From positions 1-64,000 of the IMG/VR virus record IMGVR_UViG_3300037466_003379: a stretch of DNA of 64,000 bases, one strand, 5' to 3'. This DNA is from a virus. The translations under genes and the position numbers were made by a program. The notes beneath the pieces were generated by a model. It worked only from the letters and a program-made list of their open reading frames with translations, had not been told where the DNA came from and made no database searches. Positions 1-9,778 of the stretch are shown here, in pieces. How positions within the stretch are numbered: the first letter of the stretch is position 1; every line of letters starts with the position of its first letter.

Positions 1-66
1 AAGGGCAACAATGGCACGGCTGGCTCCGGCACCACTGGCGGTAACGGTGCTGGCGGTGGCGGTCAT
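1..66 (-). CDS. 5' end of small protein (MTATASTVTASGAEPAVPLLP...), runs off window
   Basis: ATG at 66 preceded by GAGGAGCACCCG RBS and repeated promoter. Confidence 0.6.
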   Translation of the reverse strand, partial: MTATASTVTASGAGASRAIVAL

Positions 67-109
67 CGGGTGCTCCTCGGGGTTCGGGGGCGGGGGTGTC
101 GCCCCATCA

Positions 110-158
110 GGTACCGCTAAAGCGTACCGCGCCCAGCACTGGGGCGCAATACTGAAAA
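110..158 (-). promoter_or_regulatory. Repeated promoter/operator copy 1
   Basis: Minus strand: TTTTCAGTATTGCGC-N17-TACGCTTTAGCGGTACC. Confidence 0.8.
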
Positions 159-638
159 TCAGACGCGCTCCTGCCGCGTCTCCAGCGCGTGCAGCGCACC
201 GAGGAGCGCGAACTCCTGGTGCTCCCAGAACGTCCCCGGCTCCGGCTTCAACGCGCCCCGGGCGTAGCCGACCTCCCGCAGGTGCTGCACGGAGCGCTCC
301 GCCGCCGCGACCCGAGCCCTCAGCCCGTCCTCCTCGAGCGCCAGCTCGTGCAGGCGCGCCGTCGACCACGGCAGCGAGTCACCGGGCCCCATCATCTTCT
401 TCGACTGCCCAGCGGCAGCCTGAGCCGCATTCCAGCCGGCCACCCACAGCTCGCGCTGCTCCGGGGTCATGGCGTCGGCCTGCAGGCGGCGAGCCTCGGT
501 GTCGTCGCTGCGGTAGACCTCGGCGACCTCGGCGAGGCGCCGGGCGCGCTGCTCGGCGCGGCGCGGGGCCTGCTCGCGGCGCAGCTGGGCGGCCATGGCG
601 GCGGGGCGGTAGTCGCCGGACAGGACAGACGTGCTCAT
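159..638 (-). CDS. Hypothetical protein
   Basis: ATG after GGAGCACCCG RBS (MSTSVLSGDY). Confidence 0.75.
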   Translation of the reverse strand: MSTSVLSGDYRPAAMAAQLRREQAPRRAEQRARRLAEVAEVYRSDDTEARRLQADAMTPEQRELWVAGWNAAQAAAGQSKKMMGPGDSLPWSTARLHELALEEDGLRARVAAAERSVQHLREVGYARGALKPEPGTFWEHQEFALLGALHALETRQERV

Positions 639-737
639 CGGGTGCTCCTTCGGGCTGGTGCCGGGGGTGGTCGGCACGCGGTTGAGTGTCGGGGATCGAG
701 CTGGCCCCCGGTGGTCGGGGGCCAGCTCGCGGCGGGC

Positions 738-1013
738 TCAGGCGGCGAGCTTCGGGGCGAAGACCTTCCAGGCGTCCTTGGCGGCCTTGATCGCGGCGTC
801 CTCGTCGTCCCAGCCGGCGGAGTCCACGGCCATCGGGGTGTTCAGCAGGAAGGGCAGCGTCATGACGATCTTGCGCTGCTTGCCGGAGTAGTGGATCCAG
901 CCCCGGGTGACCCCGTCGGCGTCGATCAGGCCGGTGGCGGACTTGCGGGTGAAGCGGACGCTCTCGACGGTCAGGTCGGTGGCGGCGGCGGTGGCGGTGA
1001 TCTTGGCGAGCAT
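738..1013 (-). CDS. Hypothetical protein
   Basis: GAGGAG RBS and own promoter copy. Confidence 0.8.
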   Translation of the reverse strand: MLAKITATAAATDLTVESVRFTRKSATGLIDADGVTRGWIHYSGKQRKIVMTLPFLLNTPMAVDSAGWDDEDAAIKAAKDAWKVFAPKLAA

Positions 1014-1044
1014 GTCGGGCTCCTCGGTGGGGGTCGCTCTCTCG

Positions 1045-1110
1045 GGTACCTCTAAAACGTACCCAGGGGCCGGGGTCTGATCAACACCTCAGCCAAGATT
1101 TTTCAGTATT
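1045..1110 (-). promoter_or_regulatory. Repeated promoter/operator copy 2
   Basis: AATACTGAAAA...TTGATC-N17-TACGTTTTAGAGGTACC. Confidence 0.8.
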
Positions 1111-1137
1111 TCTTATCGGCGCTGGTCAGCGCCCACC

Positions 1138-1275
1138 TCAGTGGGCTCCGTGGCCGGTGAGGATCAGCGCGAGCAGGACCAGCGAGGCGAGGGCGCAGAC
1201 GGCGGCTCCGACGAGCGGGAACCAGTGGGCGACGCGGTCGCGGGTCGTCGTCGTCTCGGCAGGGGTGACGGTCAT
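1138..1275 (-). CDS. 45-aa single-TM membrane peptide (MTVTPAETTTTRDRVAHWFPLVGAAVCALASLVLLALILTGHGAH), not in ORF track
   Basis: Translated by hand; GAGGAGCACCCGATG start, TGA at 1138-1140. Confidence 0.7.
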   Translation of the reverse strand: MTVTPAETTTTRDRVAHWFPLVGAAVCALASLVLLALILTGHGAH

Positions 1276-1348
1276 CGGGTGCTCCTCGAGCTGGGGTGTG
1301 CGGGGGGCGGAGGCCGGGCCCCGGGGGTGGTCGGGGCCCGGCCGTCGG

Positions 1349-1636
1349 TCACAGCTCGTCGTCGGCCAGCTCGTCCAGGTTGACCTCGCGCTCGGCCGGC
1401 TCGTAGGAGTCCCAGGGGCGGTTCCGGTACGGGGCGAGCGCGCGCTTCGGGTTGTAGGCGGCGGCCTTGAACATCAGGTTCGGGTAGGTGGCGGCGCAGT
1501 CGGCGACGCGCTCGTCGATCCACTCCTTGGGGCCGGCGGAGGAGTCGGCGCACAGCCAGCTCTTGTCGGTGGGGGCCTTCACGACCAGCATCCAGCGGGT
1601 GTCGGCGGGGGCGGTGGTGGTGTCGGTGGTGGCCAT
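1349..1636 (-). CDS. Hypothetical protein
   Basis: GAGGAGCACACGATG start (MATTDTTTAP). Confidence 0.8.
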   Translation of the reverse strand: MATTDTTTAPADTRWMLVVKAPTDKSWLCADSSAGPKEWIDERVADCAATYPNLMFKAAAYNPKRALAPYRNRPWDSYEPAEREVNLDELADDEL

Positions 1637-1667
1637 CGTGTGCTCCTCGGTGGGGGTCTCGCTCTTG

Positions 1668-1733
1668 GGTACCTCTAAAACGTACCCCCGGTCAGAGGTC
1701 TGATCAACACCCTGACCAAACTTTTTCAGTATT
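1668..1733 (-). promoter_or_regulatory. Repeated promoter/operator copy 3
   Basis: AATACTGAAAA...TTGATC-N17-TACGTTTTAGAGGTACC; closely matches copy 2. Confidence 0.8.
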
Positions 1734-1870
1734 TCTTGTTTCCGCTGGTCAGCCGCGACTTCTGCCGAGAATCGCCTCCAGCTGCCCCCAGTCTCGTCGG
1801 CCGACACGCAGAGCCCAGCACACGCCACTCCCCCAGCTGACCCGCTCGGGGCCAGCTGGGGGCGCGCCGG

Positions 1871-2095
1871 TCAGGTCTCGATGACCCTCGGCGCGGCCGG
1901 CGCCGCCACCGTCGGGATCGGCAGGGGCGCGGTCGTCGTGACCGCCGGGTCGAGCTGCCCGGGCCGGTACGTCTGGTGCGGCGTCGTCAGGCCCGCCTTG
2001 TCGGCCAGGGCGAGGATGGCGATCAGGAAGGCCAGGGCCACGAGCGCGATCACGGCGAACGCGGGCAGGCTGCGGAGACGGCGGGACAGGGACAT
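1871..2095 (-). CDS. Small membrane protein
   Basis: RBS motif; hydrophobic FAVIALVALAFLIAILALA. Confidence 0.7.
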   Translation of the reverse strand: MSLSRRLRSLPAFAVIALVALAFLIAILALADKAGLTTPHQTYRPGQLDPAVTTTAPLPIPTVAAPAAPRVIET

Positions 2096-2191
2096 CGGGT
2101 GCTCCTCGAGCGATCGGGCGGGGCGAGCCCGGCGGCGGGGGTGGTCGCCGCCGGGATCGCACGTGCAGGGTTCAGGCAACCAGGTGGCAGG

Positions 2192-2527
2192 TCAGGCGCC
2201 GCACTGGGTGTCGGTCCAGCCCGTCGGGCAGAACACCCACTGGTGGTCGGAGGCGATCCAGGTCGCGACACCCTCGGGCGTGCGGACCTGCTCGCCGTCC
2301 TGGGCGGTGGCCGGCGCGGGGAAGGTCGCAGCGGGGGCGGGGGTCGGGGTGCTCGTGCCGGTGGCGAGGGCGAGCAGGACCATCGCGAGGAGGAAGCCCA
2401 GCGGGGCGAGGACGCAGATCCGGATCGTGCGGTGGCGGCGGCGGTGCTGGGCGTCGCTGGTGACGCCAGCCTGGATGGTGGGGAAGGTGGTGGTGGCGAG
2501 GTGGTCGGTGGCGTTGTGGGTGGTCAT
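2192..2527 (-). CDS. Small membrane-anchored protein
   Basis: RBS motif; TM segment; C-terminal Cys pair. Confidence 0.7.
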   Translation of the reverse strand: MTTHNATDHLATTTFPTIQAGVTSDAQHRRRHRTIRICVLAPLGFLLAMVLLALATGTSTPTPAPAATFPAPATAQDGEQVRTPEGVATWIASDHQWVFCPTGWTDTQCGA

Positions 2528-2552
2528 CGGGTGCTCCCTTGCTCGGTGGGTT

Positions 2553-2618
2553 GGTACCGGTAAACCGTACCTCGCTCCCGAGGGCTGGTGAAGCCCTGCA
2601 GCCAACTTTTTCAGTATT
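2553..2618 (-). promoter_or_regulatory. Repeated promoter/operator copy 4
   Basis: AATACTGAAAA...TTCACC-N17-TACGGTTTACCGGTACC. Confidence 0.8.
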
Positions 2619-2829
2619 GGATCTCAGGGCCTCTGACGGGTCGGACGTCGAGCTGGAGCCCAGCACCCTCGGGCACCCAGCTCGACGTCCCCAGCGCCCA
2701 CCCAGCGCCTCCCGCCCGGGACCAGACGAGGCCAGCTGCCCACCGGCTTGTCGGCCGGCAACTGGCTCGTCAGCCTGAGCCCCGAGGAGGCTCCGCAGCG
2801 AGTGCGGAGCCTCCACCGGGCTCAGGCGG

Positions 2830-3300
2830 TCAGGCCATGAAGTCCAGCGCGAACGCGGCGGCGTCGGCGAAGACCTCGGGGACGGTGCCGGTCTCGAACT
2901 CCTCGGCGTCCTCGGTCACGGCCACGACCCAGCTTCCGACCAGGACCCCAGCGACCGACTCCTCCTCGGCGATCAGCACGTCACCCTCCTCGACCTCGTC
3001 GCGGTCCACGGCGGCCAGCGCCTGGGCGGTGGTGTCGAAGTAGTGCACGGCGTAGCGGGCGACGGGCAGCTCCTCCACGACCAGCGGGGCGGGCTCGACC
3101 GGGGCGTCGGCGGCGGGACCGAAGTCCAGGGGCAGGGCCCACTCGTCGGTGGGGACGACCACGTCGGTGGTCTTCACGACGGGGGCGGCGAAGAGGGCGC
3201 CCTCGGCGGCGAGGACGAGCGGGTTGTCGGCGCGGAGGGGCGTTCCGAAGATGCCGGTGATCGGGGCGGTGCGGCGGGTGCGGCGGGCGGTGGTGGCCAT
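2830..3300 (-). CDS. Hypothetical acidic protein
   Basis: AGGAG RBS, own promoter copy. Confidence 0.75.
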   Translation of the reverse strand: MATTARRTRRTAPITGIFGTPLRADNPLVLAAEGALFAAPVVKTTDVVVPTDEWALPLDFGPAADAPVEPAPLVVEELPVARYAVHYFDTTAQALAAVDRDEVEEGDVLIAEEESVAGVLVGSWVVAVTEDAEEFETGTVPEVFADAAAFALDFMA

Positions 3301-3325
3301 TTCGGTTCTCCTTGCTCGGTGGGTT

Positions 3326-3391
3326 GGTACCTCTAAAACGTACCCCCCGCTGGGGAGCTGGTGAAGCCCCCAGCGAACTTTTTTCAGTATT
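3326..3391 (-). promoter_or_regulatory. Repeated promoter/operator copy 5
   Basis: AATACTGAAAA...TTCACC-N17-TACGTTTTAGAGGTACC. Confidence 0.8.
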
Positions 3392-3417
3392 TCTCGTCGG
3401 CGCTGGTCAGCAGGCGG

Positions 3418-3840
3418 TCAGCTGGTCGCGAGCAGCTCGCCGAGCCGCTCCAGCGCGATCTCAGCGACCGCCCGCCGGGGCACCGTCCAGTAGCGGTTCC
3501 CGTCGCCGCCCAGGCGCACCACCTTGACGTCGCCGATGCCGGTCGAGCCCAGGACGACGTGCGGCAGGTCGGCCGGGATCTTCGCGTTGCCGGTGACCAG
3601 GACGGCGGCGCCGACCACGAGCGGCGGCAGCAGCTCCTGGACGGGTGCCTCGCCCTCGTGGGCGACCAGCGCCGCGCCCGGGCCCTTCAAGCGCTCGCCG
3701 GTCTCGACGTCCTCGATGAGGTACGTCTTGCGGCGGCCGCCGGGGGTGTCGACGACGCGGTACACGCGGCCCGGCTTCGTCGGGGTCGTGACGAGCTGGT
3801 CGTGGCGGAAGTACACGGTGGGCGTGGCGGTGCCAGGCAT
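3418..3840 (-). CDS. Hypothetical protein (possible tandem SH3-like folds)
   Basis: GAGGAG RBS, MPGTATPTVYF start. Confidence 0.7.
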   Translation of the reverse strand: MPGTATPTVYFRHDQLVTTPTKPGRVYRVVDTPGGRRKTYLIEDVETGERLKGPGAALVAHEGEAPVQELLPPLVVGAAVLVTGNAKIPADLPHVVLGSTGIGDVKVVRLGGDGNRYWTVPRRAVAEIALERLGELLATS

Positions 3841-3878
3841 GGCAGTTCTCCTCAGATTCGTCGCTGACGGGTCAGTGG

Positions 3879-4394
3879 TCAGCGCAGGATGTCGGCGGTG
3901 CGGCGGGCAGCCTCGGCGGCCGCGCGCTGGTCGCTGGGGCGGCCCAGCATCTCCGCCTTGTACTCGATCCAGGTCTGGCGGCCGTTCGCGCGCCACCAGT
4001 CCATCAGCTCCTCCGACGCGTACCGGGCGGCGGCACGGGCGGGCCCGTGGAACAGGGTGTAGGGGTCGATGCCGGCGGCCTCGCCAGCGTCGTTGAGGAG
4101 GTGGCCGCGGCACTCGTCCTCGGCCTGGTGGTAGCGGATCAGGGTCTGGGCCCCGTACATGCGGTCCACGGTCTGGTCCAGGCTCTCGCCCTCGCGGCGC
4201 TCCTGGCGGACCAGGTCGCGGCGGCGCTCCTCCTCGGTGACCTCGGGCTCGTCGACCTCGGCGTCGCGGCGGTCGATCTCGGCGAGGACGGCGTCGAGCT
4301 CGGTGTCGGTGGTGGCGGTGGCGACCATCGCGACCAGCGCGTCGTCATCGACCAGCGTCAGGTCGGTGGCGGGGGCGGTGGTCGTGGTGGTCAT
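3879..4394 (-). CDS. Actinophage-type hypothetical protein (GIDP..LF.GP....YASEEL..WW motif)
   Basis: Own promoter copy; motif resembles one recurrent in actinomycete prophage proteins. Confidence 0.75.
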   Translation of the reverse strand: MTTTTTAPATDLTLVDDDALVAMVATATTDTELDAVLAEIDRRDAEVDEPEVTEEERRRDLVRQERREGESLDQTVDRMYGAQTLIRYHQAEDECRGHLLNDAGEAAGIDPYTLFHGPARAAARYASEELMDWWRANGRQTWIEYKAEMLGRPSDQRAAAEAARRTADILR

Positions 4395-4419
4395 CCTCGT
4401 TCCTCTCTCTCGGTCGGTT

Positions 4420-4485
4420 GGTACCGGTAAAACGTACCCCGCGGGAGAGGACTGGTGAAGCCCCTGACCAAACTTTTTCAGTATT
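4420..4485 (-). promoter_or_regulatory. Repeated promoter/operator copy 6
   Basis: AATACTGAAAA...TTCACC-N17-TACGTTTTACCGGTACC. Confidence 0.8.
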
Positions 4486-4916
4486 TCTTCCGTGCCACGG
4501 CCTGACCAGCCAAAACGCCGCAACGAGTGCCCAACCGCCACCGGCCGGAGACCAGCCCAACCGCGCCCGACACGCAGCTCGACGAGCAGCAGCCGCCCGC
4601 TCGACACCGGCCGACGACGTTCGCGGCCAGGTGAGTTCGCGCGACGTCGACACGCAGGGCCCCCGCGCACTCCCCATCTGGGGGTATGGCCGTCGTGTCC
4701 ACTGTGGGCGGTCGGGTCGGCTGCTCTGCTGGTCGCGGGCTCGGGGAGGCCCTGGGGAGGCTCCTGCGCTGCGGTGCGGGGTCGGCTGGCCGGTTGGGGT
4801 CGGTTCGGGGTCGGTAGGCGGCCGATGGCCAGCTGGTTGCGGCTCGTGGCCCCCTGTTGCTCGCTGGAGGGGCCAGCGTGCCTCCCGGGGAGCGGGAGGC
4901 ACGCTCGCCCGTCTGG

Positions 4917-5177
4917 CTACGCCAGGGCGGCCAGAACGGCTCCTGCGACGGCGCTCACGGGGGTGGCGCTGCCGTCCAGGCGGACCTCCCACGGGTCCCC
5001 GTCGACGGCGAGGCGGTCCACGAACACGCGCCAGCCCCACGGGTTCTGGCTCCGCTCGACGGTCACGCGGCCGGTGGGGTGGGTGAAGCGCTCGGTGCTG
5101 CCGGACTTCACGGGCTCGGAGAAGTCCAGGCCGGTGAGGAGGGCGTACAGGGCGGCGAAGTTGGCGATCGTGGCCAT
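4917..5177 (-). CDS. Hypothetical protein
   Basis: GGAGCACCCGATG start (MATIANFAAL). Confidence 0.75.
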   Translation of the reverse strand: MATIANFAALYALLTGLDFSEPVKSGSTERFTHPTGRVTVERSQNPWGWRVFVDRLAVDGDPWEVRLDGSATPVSAVAGAVLAALA

Positions 5178-5221
5178 CGGGTGCTCCTTCTCTCGTGGGG
5201 GGCGGGGTGCCTCCCCCATCG

Positions 5222-5337
5222 GGTACCGCTAAAGCGTATCCCCTCCCACCAGCCTGATCAATATTTTTCAGTATTAGCCACGTCACATGATCAGGTGTAG
5301 ACCAGTGATCCCCATACGGGTACGTTTTAGAGGTACC
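5222..5337. promoter_or_regulatory. Divergent pair of repeated promoters (copies 7 and 8) sharing one TTTTCAGTATT box (5265-5275)
   Basis: Minus TTGATC-N17-TACGCT; plus TAGACC-N17-TACGTTTTAGAGGTACC. Confidence 0.75.
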
Positions 5338-5378
5338 CCACAGGGGGGTGCACGAGACAGGAAGGAAGGTGAGCGCCC

Positions 5379-5633
5379 GTGACACCGTTGGGACACGCGC
5401 TGCTGACCGCCCTCGCGGAACAGGGCTGGACCTTGATCCGAGGGCGCGTGTCGGTGGTCGTGATCTCGCCGAGGACGGGGCAGGACTTCGTGATCCTCCA
5501 GCGCGAGCTGGAGGACGAAGTGGAGTTCGAGCTGCGTCTCATGGTGCTGCGCCTCGTGGTCCACGGCCTGGTGTGGCCGTGGCCGCCCGAGCACGACGGC
5601 ATCCACGGTGAGATCCCGCGCTTCATCCGGTAG
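5379..5633 (+). CDS. Hypothetical protein
   Basis: Downstream of promoter copy 8, followed by hairpin. Confidence 0.65.
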   Translation: MTPLGHALLTALAEQGWTLIRGRVSVVVISPRTGQDFVILQRELEDEVEFELRLMVLRLVVHGLVWPWPPEHDGIHGEIPRFIR

Positions 5634-5640
5634 CGCGCAC

Positions 5641-5683
5641 GAGCCCCCTCCCTCCCCGCTGGCACCGGGGAGGGAGGGGGCTC
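5641..5683 (+). terminator. GC hairpin terminator
   Basis: gagccccctccctcccc-9nt-ggggagggagggggctc, 17-bp stem. Confidence 0.7.
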
Positions 5684-5750
5684 CGCCCAACGATGACACG
5701 CAGCTCCGGCATCGACCAGCAGTCTGGACTTTGAGTCTAAGATTCTGGGC

Positions 5751-6326
5751 GTGACACCACCCCTGAGCCTGACCATCAGCATCGAGCTGGCCCAACCGCT
5801 CCCCGACCAGCCGGCCACCGACCAGCCCGACCCCAGCGAGACCATCACCGCCCACCGCATCGGCCACGACGTCGCCCGCCACCTCGGCCGCGACGCGCGG
5901 CTCGTCCTCACCAGCGCCGACCCCGACCGGCGCCGCATCAGCTGGACCATCGCCCTCGACAGCGTCGCCCCCGTCAGCGCCGAGCTGACCCAGCTGGAAG
6001 ACGCCGTCGACATCGCGCTGTACGCACACCTCAAAGACCGGCCCGCGCTCGAGCACCGCGTCACCGAACTCCAGGCCCTGACCATGGACGAGGTCGACCG
6101 GCGCCTCGCCCAGTCCACCGTCCCCGAGGTCGTCGGCATCGACGAAGTCGCCGAGCTCCTGGGCGTCAGCCGGGCCACCCTCTTCAACCGGCGCGACACC
6201 GACCCCGCGTTCCCGCCGCCCATCGCCCGCGGCGTCTGGCTGCGCTCGACCATCGAGGTGTACGCCCGGGCCCACGAGGCTCCGCGGCGCGGCCGACCCG
6301 CGAAGCCTCGCCCCGAGAGCGACTGA
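5751..6326 (+). CDS. AlpA/excisionase-like HTH DNA-binding protein
   Basis: VVGIDEVAELLGVSRATLFNRR..DPAFPPPIARGVWLRSTIE; TAAGAT 7 nt upstream suggests leaderless start. Confidence 0.75.
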   Translation: MTPPLSLTISIELAQPLPDQPATDQPDPSETITAHRIGHDVARHLGRDARLVLTSADPDRRRISWTIALDSVAPVSAELTQLEDAVDIALYAHLKDRPALEHRVTELQALTMDEVDRRLAQSTVPEVVGIDEVAELLGVSRATLFNRRDTDPAFPPPIARGVWLRSTIEVYARAHEAPRRGRPAKPRPESD

Positions 6327-6340
6327 CCCCGAGCACGACG

Positions 6341-6376
6341 AAGGCCCGCCACCGTGTGTCTGGTGGCGGGCCTTTC
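6341..6376. terminator. Terminator hairpin between convergent genes
   Basis: aaggcccgccacc...ggtggcgggcctt. Confidence 0.75.
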
Positions 6377-6525
6377 GCCGGCGCGGGCGGGGCGAGCGCA
6401 CCGGGATGGCTTCCCGAGGGGTGGGTGAACGCTCGGTGAACACTTCACCACCCGGAAGATCCCCACGTCACCCGTGCCGAAGGTCCCAACCCGGACACCT
6501 ACTTTCGGTAACCGAGTGGTTTGGA

Positions 6526-6891
6526 TCACTCCCCCGGGCGGTACCAGCGGCGAGCAGCCCGCTTCGACAGCCACGCCAGCACCCCGTACGCAGTGCCGGC
6601 GAACCGCACACCCCGAGCGCGAGCCCGATACGCGTACACGAGCGCGTCGCCGAGCTCCTCCAGCAGATCCTGGGCCGGATCCCTGGCCGGGTCCTCCACC
6701 TGCAGCGGCTGCCCGTACTTCCGCAGGCCGAACGCGCGCCGCTCCGCGAGCATCTCCCCCAGCGGCGTCCCCACCGCCCGCAGCTCCGCGATCACCAGGC
6801 TGTGCACAGACTCCCCACCCGGCACGAACACCGGCGGAGGCTGCGCCGTGCTGGGCCTGTCGTCGCGGTCGAAGTCCGGACGAGCGCTCAC
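6526..6891 (-). CDS. Phage protein, possible MazG-like NTP pyrophosphatase fold
   Basis: GLRKYGQPLQ...DLLEELGDALVY; GTGA coupling. Confidence 0.55.
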   Translation of the reverse strand: MSARPDFDRDDRPSTAQPPPVFVPGGESVHSLVIAELRAVGTPLGEMLAERRAFGLRKYGQPLQVEDPARDPAQDLLEELGDALVYAYRARARGVRFAGTAYGVLAWLSKRAARRWYRPGE

Positions 6892-7265
6892 CGCCGAGCC
6901 CTCCGTCCGTCCAGCCGCCGCGGCGCCGGCCCGGCCCCCCGAGCTCGCCGAGCCGCCAGCGCCGCCTCCCGCTCCACGCCGTCGACCGGCCAGCGGGTCA
7001 CATCGGCCTGCGTCAGCGTCGGGCCGAAGACATCGCGCACGATGTCCGCCCACGCCCGAGCGACCTGGAGCACCACCTCCACGAGCGGCCGAAACGCCTC
7101 CCGCACGGCGTCGAGCATCGGCCCCGACCGCTCCACGAGCTGCGACGTCCGCAACCGGCACGCCGCGAGCTGCTCGTCGGTCGACGCCGTCGACCACGCG
7201 ACCTGCAGCGCCGCGACGTCCGCAGCCCAGTTCCCCGTCTGCCGGGGCAGCCTCCAGCCGGTCAC
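6888..7265 (-). CDS. Hypothetical protein
   Basis: 4-nt overlaps on both sides. Confidence 0.6.
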   Translation of the reverse strand: MTGWRLPRQTGNWAADVAALQVAWSTASTDEQLAACRLRTSQLVERSGPMLDAVREAFRPLVEVVLQVARAWADIVRDVFGPTLTQADVTRWPVDGVEREAALAARRARGAGPAPRRLDGRRARR

Positions 7266-7504
7266 GACTGCTCCTCAGCGAGCGGGGAAGCTGTGATCGT
7301 CGCCGACGCGACCTGCGGCGGAGAGCCGTCTTCCCCGGTGAACATCACCAGGTGGACGCTCTCGACCCGGTAGTAGCCCGAGACCTCGCCGGCGCGGGGC
7401 CGGAGCTCGAATGTCCAGCCCTTCACCGGGAGCTGCGGCCAGCAGCCCGACCACACCTGCTCGTCCCCATCCTCGGTGGGCACGTCGATCGTCACCTGGA
7501 TCAC
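7262..7504 (-). CDS. Hypothetical protein
   Basis: 4-nt overlaps. Confidence 0.65.
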   Translation of the reverse strand: MIQVTIDVPTEDGDEQVWSGCWPQLPVKGWTFELRPRAGEVSGYYRVESVHLVMFTGEDGSPPQVASATITASPLAEEQS

Positions 7505-7791
7505 GGCAGCGGCTCCCCGTCCTTGCCGCCGAGGAGCGCCTCGGCGAGCTCGTATGAATGCTTCGTCCCCAGCGGCGACAGACGGCCTGCCGCGGCGTCA
7601 CGCATCAGCCCAGCGACCTTGAGGAACGTCCACGCCAGGTCCGGGCCCTGCGCCTGGTCCGCGATCCGGGCCGCGCGGTGCAGGCGCTCCGCGGCCAGCT
7701 TCATCCGCTCCCCGTTCCGGTTCGACATCGCCGGGTGCAGCGCGATGCGGAGCGGGATGCCGAGCGCCGGGGTCGGCGTCGGCGCGTTCAC
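7501..7791 (-). CDS. Hypothetical protein
   Basis: GTGA-coupled start (VNAPTPTP). Confidence 0.6.
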   Translation of the reverse strand: MNAPTPTPALGIPLRIALHPAMSNRNGERMKLAAERLHRAARIADQAQGPDLAWTFLKVAGLMRDAAAGRLSPLGTKHSYELAEALLGGKDGEPLP

Positions 7792-8159
7792 GCTGCGGCG
7801 CCCTGATCGGCCTGGACGCCGATGATGTTGGGGAACCACGATGCGAGCGACCAGCGGACACCGGCGACGTGGAGCTGGTAGACGTGTCCGGGCTGCAGCT
7901 GCCCCCACACGTCGGCGCTGTTCGTCTTCCCGTACCAGATCGGGGAGTCTTCGTCGGCGAGGACGCCGCACTCGCGGGTGTAGACGCGGTAGTTCGAGGA
8001 CCCGTCGGAGGTCGCGCCGCGGTCCATGTTCTGGACGGTGCAGGTGGCGACGTGGTCGTTCGCGGTGACGACCTGGTGGTCGACGACGAGCCCGGCAGCG
8101 CCGAGTAGGACCATCGCGGCCAGCGCGAGGCGGCCGAGGTGGTCAACGATCCAGTCCAT
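7788..8159 (-). CDS. Secreted/membrane phage protein (DUF1523-like)
   Basis: N-terminal TM; YRVYT..CGV...DS....GK.NSAD....L..G..Y...V.G.R.....FPNII pattern. Confidence 0.65.
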   Translation of the reverse strand: MDWIVDHLGRLALAAMVLLGAAGLVVDHQVVTANDHVATCTVQNMDRGATSDGSSNYRVYTRECGVLADEDSPIWYGKTNSADVWGQLQPGHVYQLHVAGVRWSLASWFPNIIGVQADQGAAA

Positions 8160-8161
8160 GG

Positions 8162-8914
8162 TCAGGGGTTCTCCCGTCGGGGGTGGCTGAACGAGGTGAA
8201 GCCGCGCCAGGAGCGGCTGGGGGTCGGTCCGCGCTGGCCCTGGTAGTGCGATCCGGCCGCGGTGGAGCCGTAGAGGTGCAGGACCGGGGACGACAGGCCG
8301 AACACGGCGAGCTGCCCGATCCGCATGCCCGGCCACAGCAGGATCGGCAGGGTCGCCACGTTCGAGAGCTCGAGGGTGACGTGGCCGCGGAAGCCGGGGT
8401 CAATGAACCCGGCCGTGGAGTGGGTGAGGAGTCCGAGCCGGCCGAGGCTCGACTTCCCTTCGAGCCGGGCGGCGACCTGGTTGCCGAGGCCGACCTCCTC
8501 GTACGTCGAGCCGAGGACGAACTGGCCGGGGTGCAGGACGAACGGCTCACCGGGTGCCGGGGTGACCGGGTCGGTCAGCTCCTGTTCCTGGGCGGGGTCG
8601 ATGACCTGCGTGGAGGCGTGCGACCGGAACGCGCGGAAGTCGTAGTCGAGCCGCACGTCGATGGAGGAGGGCTGCAGCTGGGCGGGTTCCATCGGGTCGA
8701 CGGAGACCTGCTTTGCGACCAGCGCGGCGATGAGGTCGCGGTCCGAGAGGAGACCGGTCGGTCCGTGCCACGGGGTGACCTGGGGTTTCACGTTCGTGGG
8801 GTGCGGGTCGTCCACCGACCGGAGACCGGCGCCTGTCGCGTCCTGGGCGGTCTGGGGTTCGCGCTCGTCGGCTCGGCGGTGCGCCTGCTCGATCAGCTCG
8901 CGCATCGTGCTCAC
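8162..8914 (-). CDS. dcd: dCTP deaminase with ~60-aa N-terminal extension
   Basis: [65 protein letters not shown]. Confidence 0.93.
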   Translation of the reverse strand: MSTMRELIEQAHRRADEREPQTAQDATGAGLRSVDDPHPTNVKPQVTPWHGPTGLLSDRDLIAALVAKQVSVDPMEPAQLQPSSIDVRLDYDFRAFRSHASTQVIDPAQEQELTDPVTPAPGEPFVLHPGQFVLGSTYEEVGLGNQVAARLEGKSSLGRLGLLTHSTAGFIDPGFRGHVTLELSNVATLPILLWPGMRIGQLAVFGLSSPVLHLYGSTAAGSHYQGQRGPTPSRSWRGFTSFSHPRRENP

Positions 8915-9135
8915 CGCTCCAGGAGCCTCTCGGCGCGCTCCCAGCCCCACACGGCTGGCCACAGGATCGCCAGCACGACGTGCAGCAGTACCGCCGGGAG
9001 CTGCCGGGCCTGCAGCGGCCCGCGACCACGCAGCGCCGCTGAGATCGCCACCAGCGACGCAGCGAGGCCACCGAGGTAGAACGACGCCACAAGCGCCAGC
9101 CCGGCCAGCGTGAGGACGTCCTGGGCGGTGCTCAC
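8911..9135 (-). CDS. Small membrane protein
   Basis: Two hydrophobic segments, coupled. Confidence 0.6.
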   Translation of the reverse strand: MSTAQDVLTLAGLALVASFYLGGLAASLVAISAALRGRGPLQARQLPAVLLHVVLAILWPAVWGWERAERLLER

Positions 9136-9566
9136 TGGACCTTCCGGAGGTCGCCGAGGAGGTCGAGCGGGTCGGCCACGGCAGGCGGCTGCAGGAAGTC
9201 CAGGGCCTGCGCCGCGTACTCCAGCATCGCCCGCCGGTCGGTGGCGGTCAGTGGCTCCGGGTAGCAGGACCGGGCGTGCGCGAGCGCGGCCTGCGGGTTC
9301 GAGGTGCCCAGCTGGTCGAGCAGGTCAGCGCGGATCTTGTTCAGCGACAGCAGCATGTCCCGCTCGCCGTGGTCCGGGGCCAGCGCGCCGCCGTCGACCC
9401 AGCGGGACGCCGCGCGGGACACGAAGCACAGGTCGCAGAGGAGCACGTTCCGCGGCTCCTGCCCGCGGGCCTGCCAGTCCTCCCGCTCGACGGGGTGGCG
9501 CGGATCGTCCGCCCTGAGGTCCCAGCCGCAGAAGTCGCAGCTCACGTCGAGGTCAGGGGTCGTCAT
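9132..9566 (-). CDS. Zn-finger protein
   Basis: CDFC...CDLC; ATGA coupling. Confidence 0.6.
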   Translation of the reverse strand: MTTPDLDVSCDFCGWDLRADDPRHPVEREDWQARGQEPRNVLLCDLCFVSRAASRWVDGGALAPDHGERDMLLSLNKIRADLLDQLGTSNPQAALAHARSCYPEPLTATDRRAMLEYAAQALDFLQPPAVADPLDLLGDLRKVQ

Positions 9567-9778
9567 TCGAAGTCCTCCGGCATGTAGAGGGTGGCGTACT
9601 TGAACATGCGGCGCGCGTACTGCGACCAGTCGCCGCCGGTGTGCTTGCGGGCCCGGGTCAGCACGAACCGGTAGCCGGCCCAGCTGATCCGGAACGTCGT
9701 GTGCCGGCGGCCGCCGCCCGACCACATCGCCTCGACCGTGGCCTGGTCGAGGTCGCGAGGATCGGCGGCGGCCCTCAC
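9563..9778 (-). CDS. Hypothetical protein
   Basis: GTGA coupling. Confidence 0.55.
   Translation of the reverse strand: MRAAADPRDLDQATVEAMWSGGGRRHTTFRISWAGYRFVLTRARKHTGGDWSQYARRMFKYATLYMPEDFE

Noticed and set aside
2620-2830. CCCAG/GAGC-rich intergenic tracts (also ~1770-1865) as iterons
   Set aside because: No consistent unit or spacing could be defined by eye
4478-4702. 74-aa minus-strand ORF
   Set aside because: No RBS motif, runs into the promoter box, atypical composition
110-5337. Repeated ~20-90 bp motifs as a CRISPR array
   Set aside because: Spacing is 600-1100 bp with ORFs between; repeats have promoter architecture; no cas genes
5751-6326. Excisionase implying an integration module
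   Set aside because: No integrase or att/tRNA seen; the HTH alone is not sufficient
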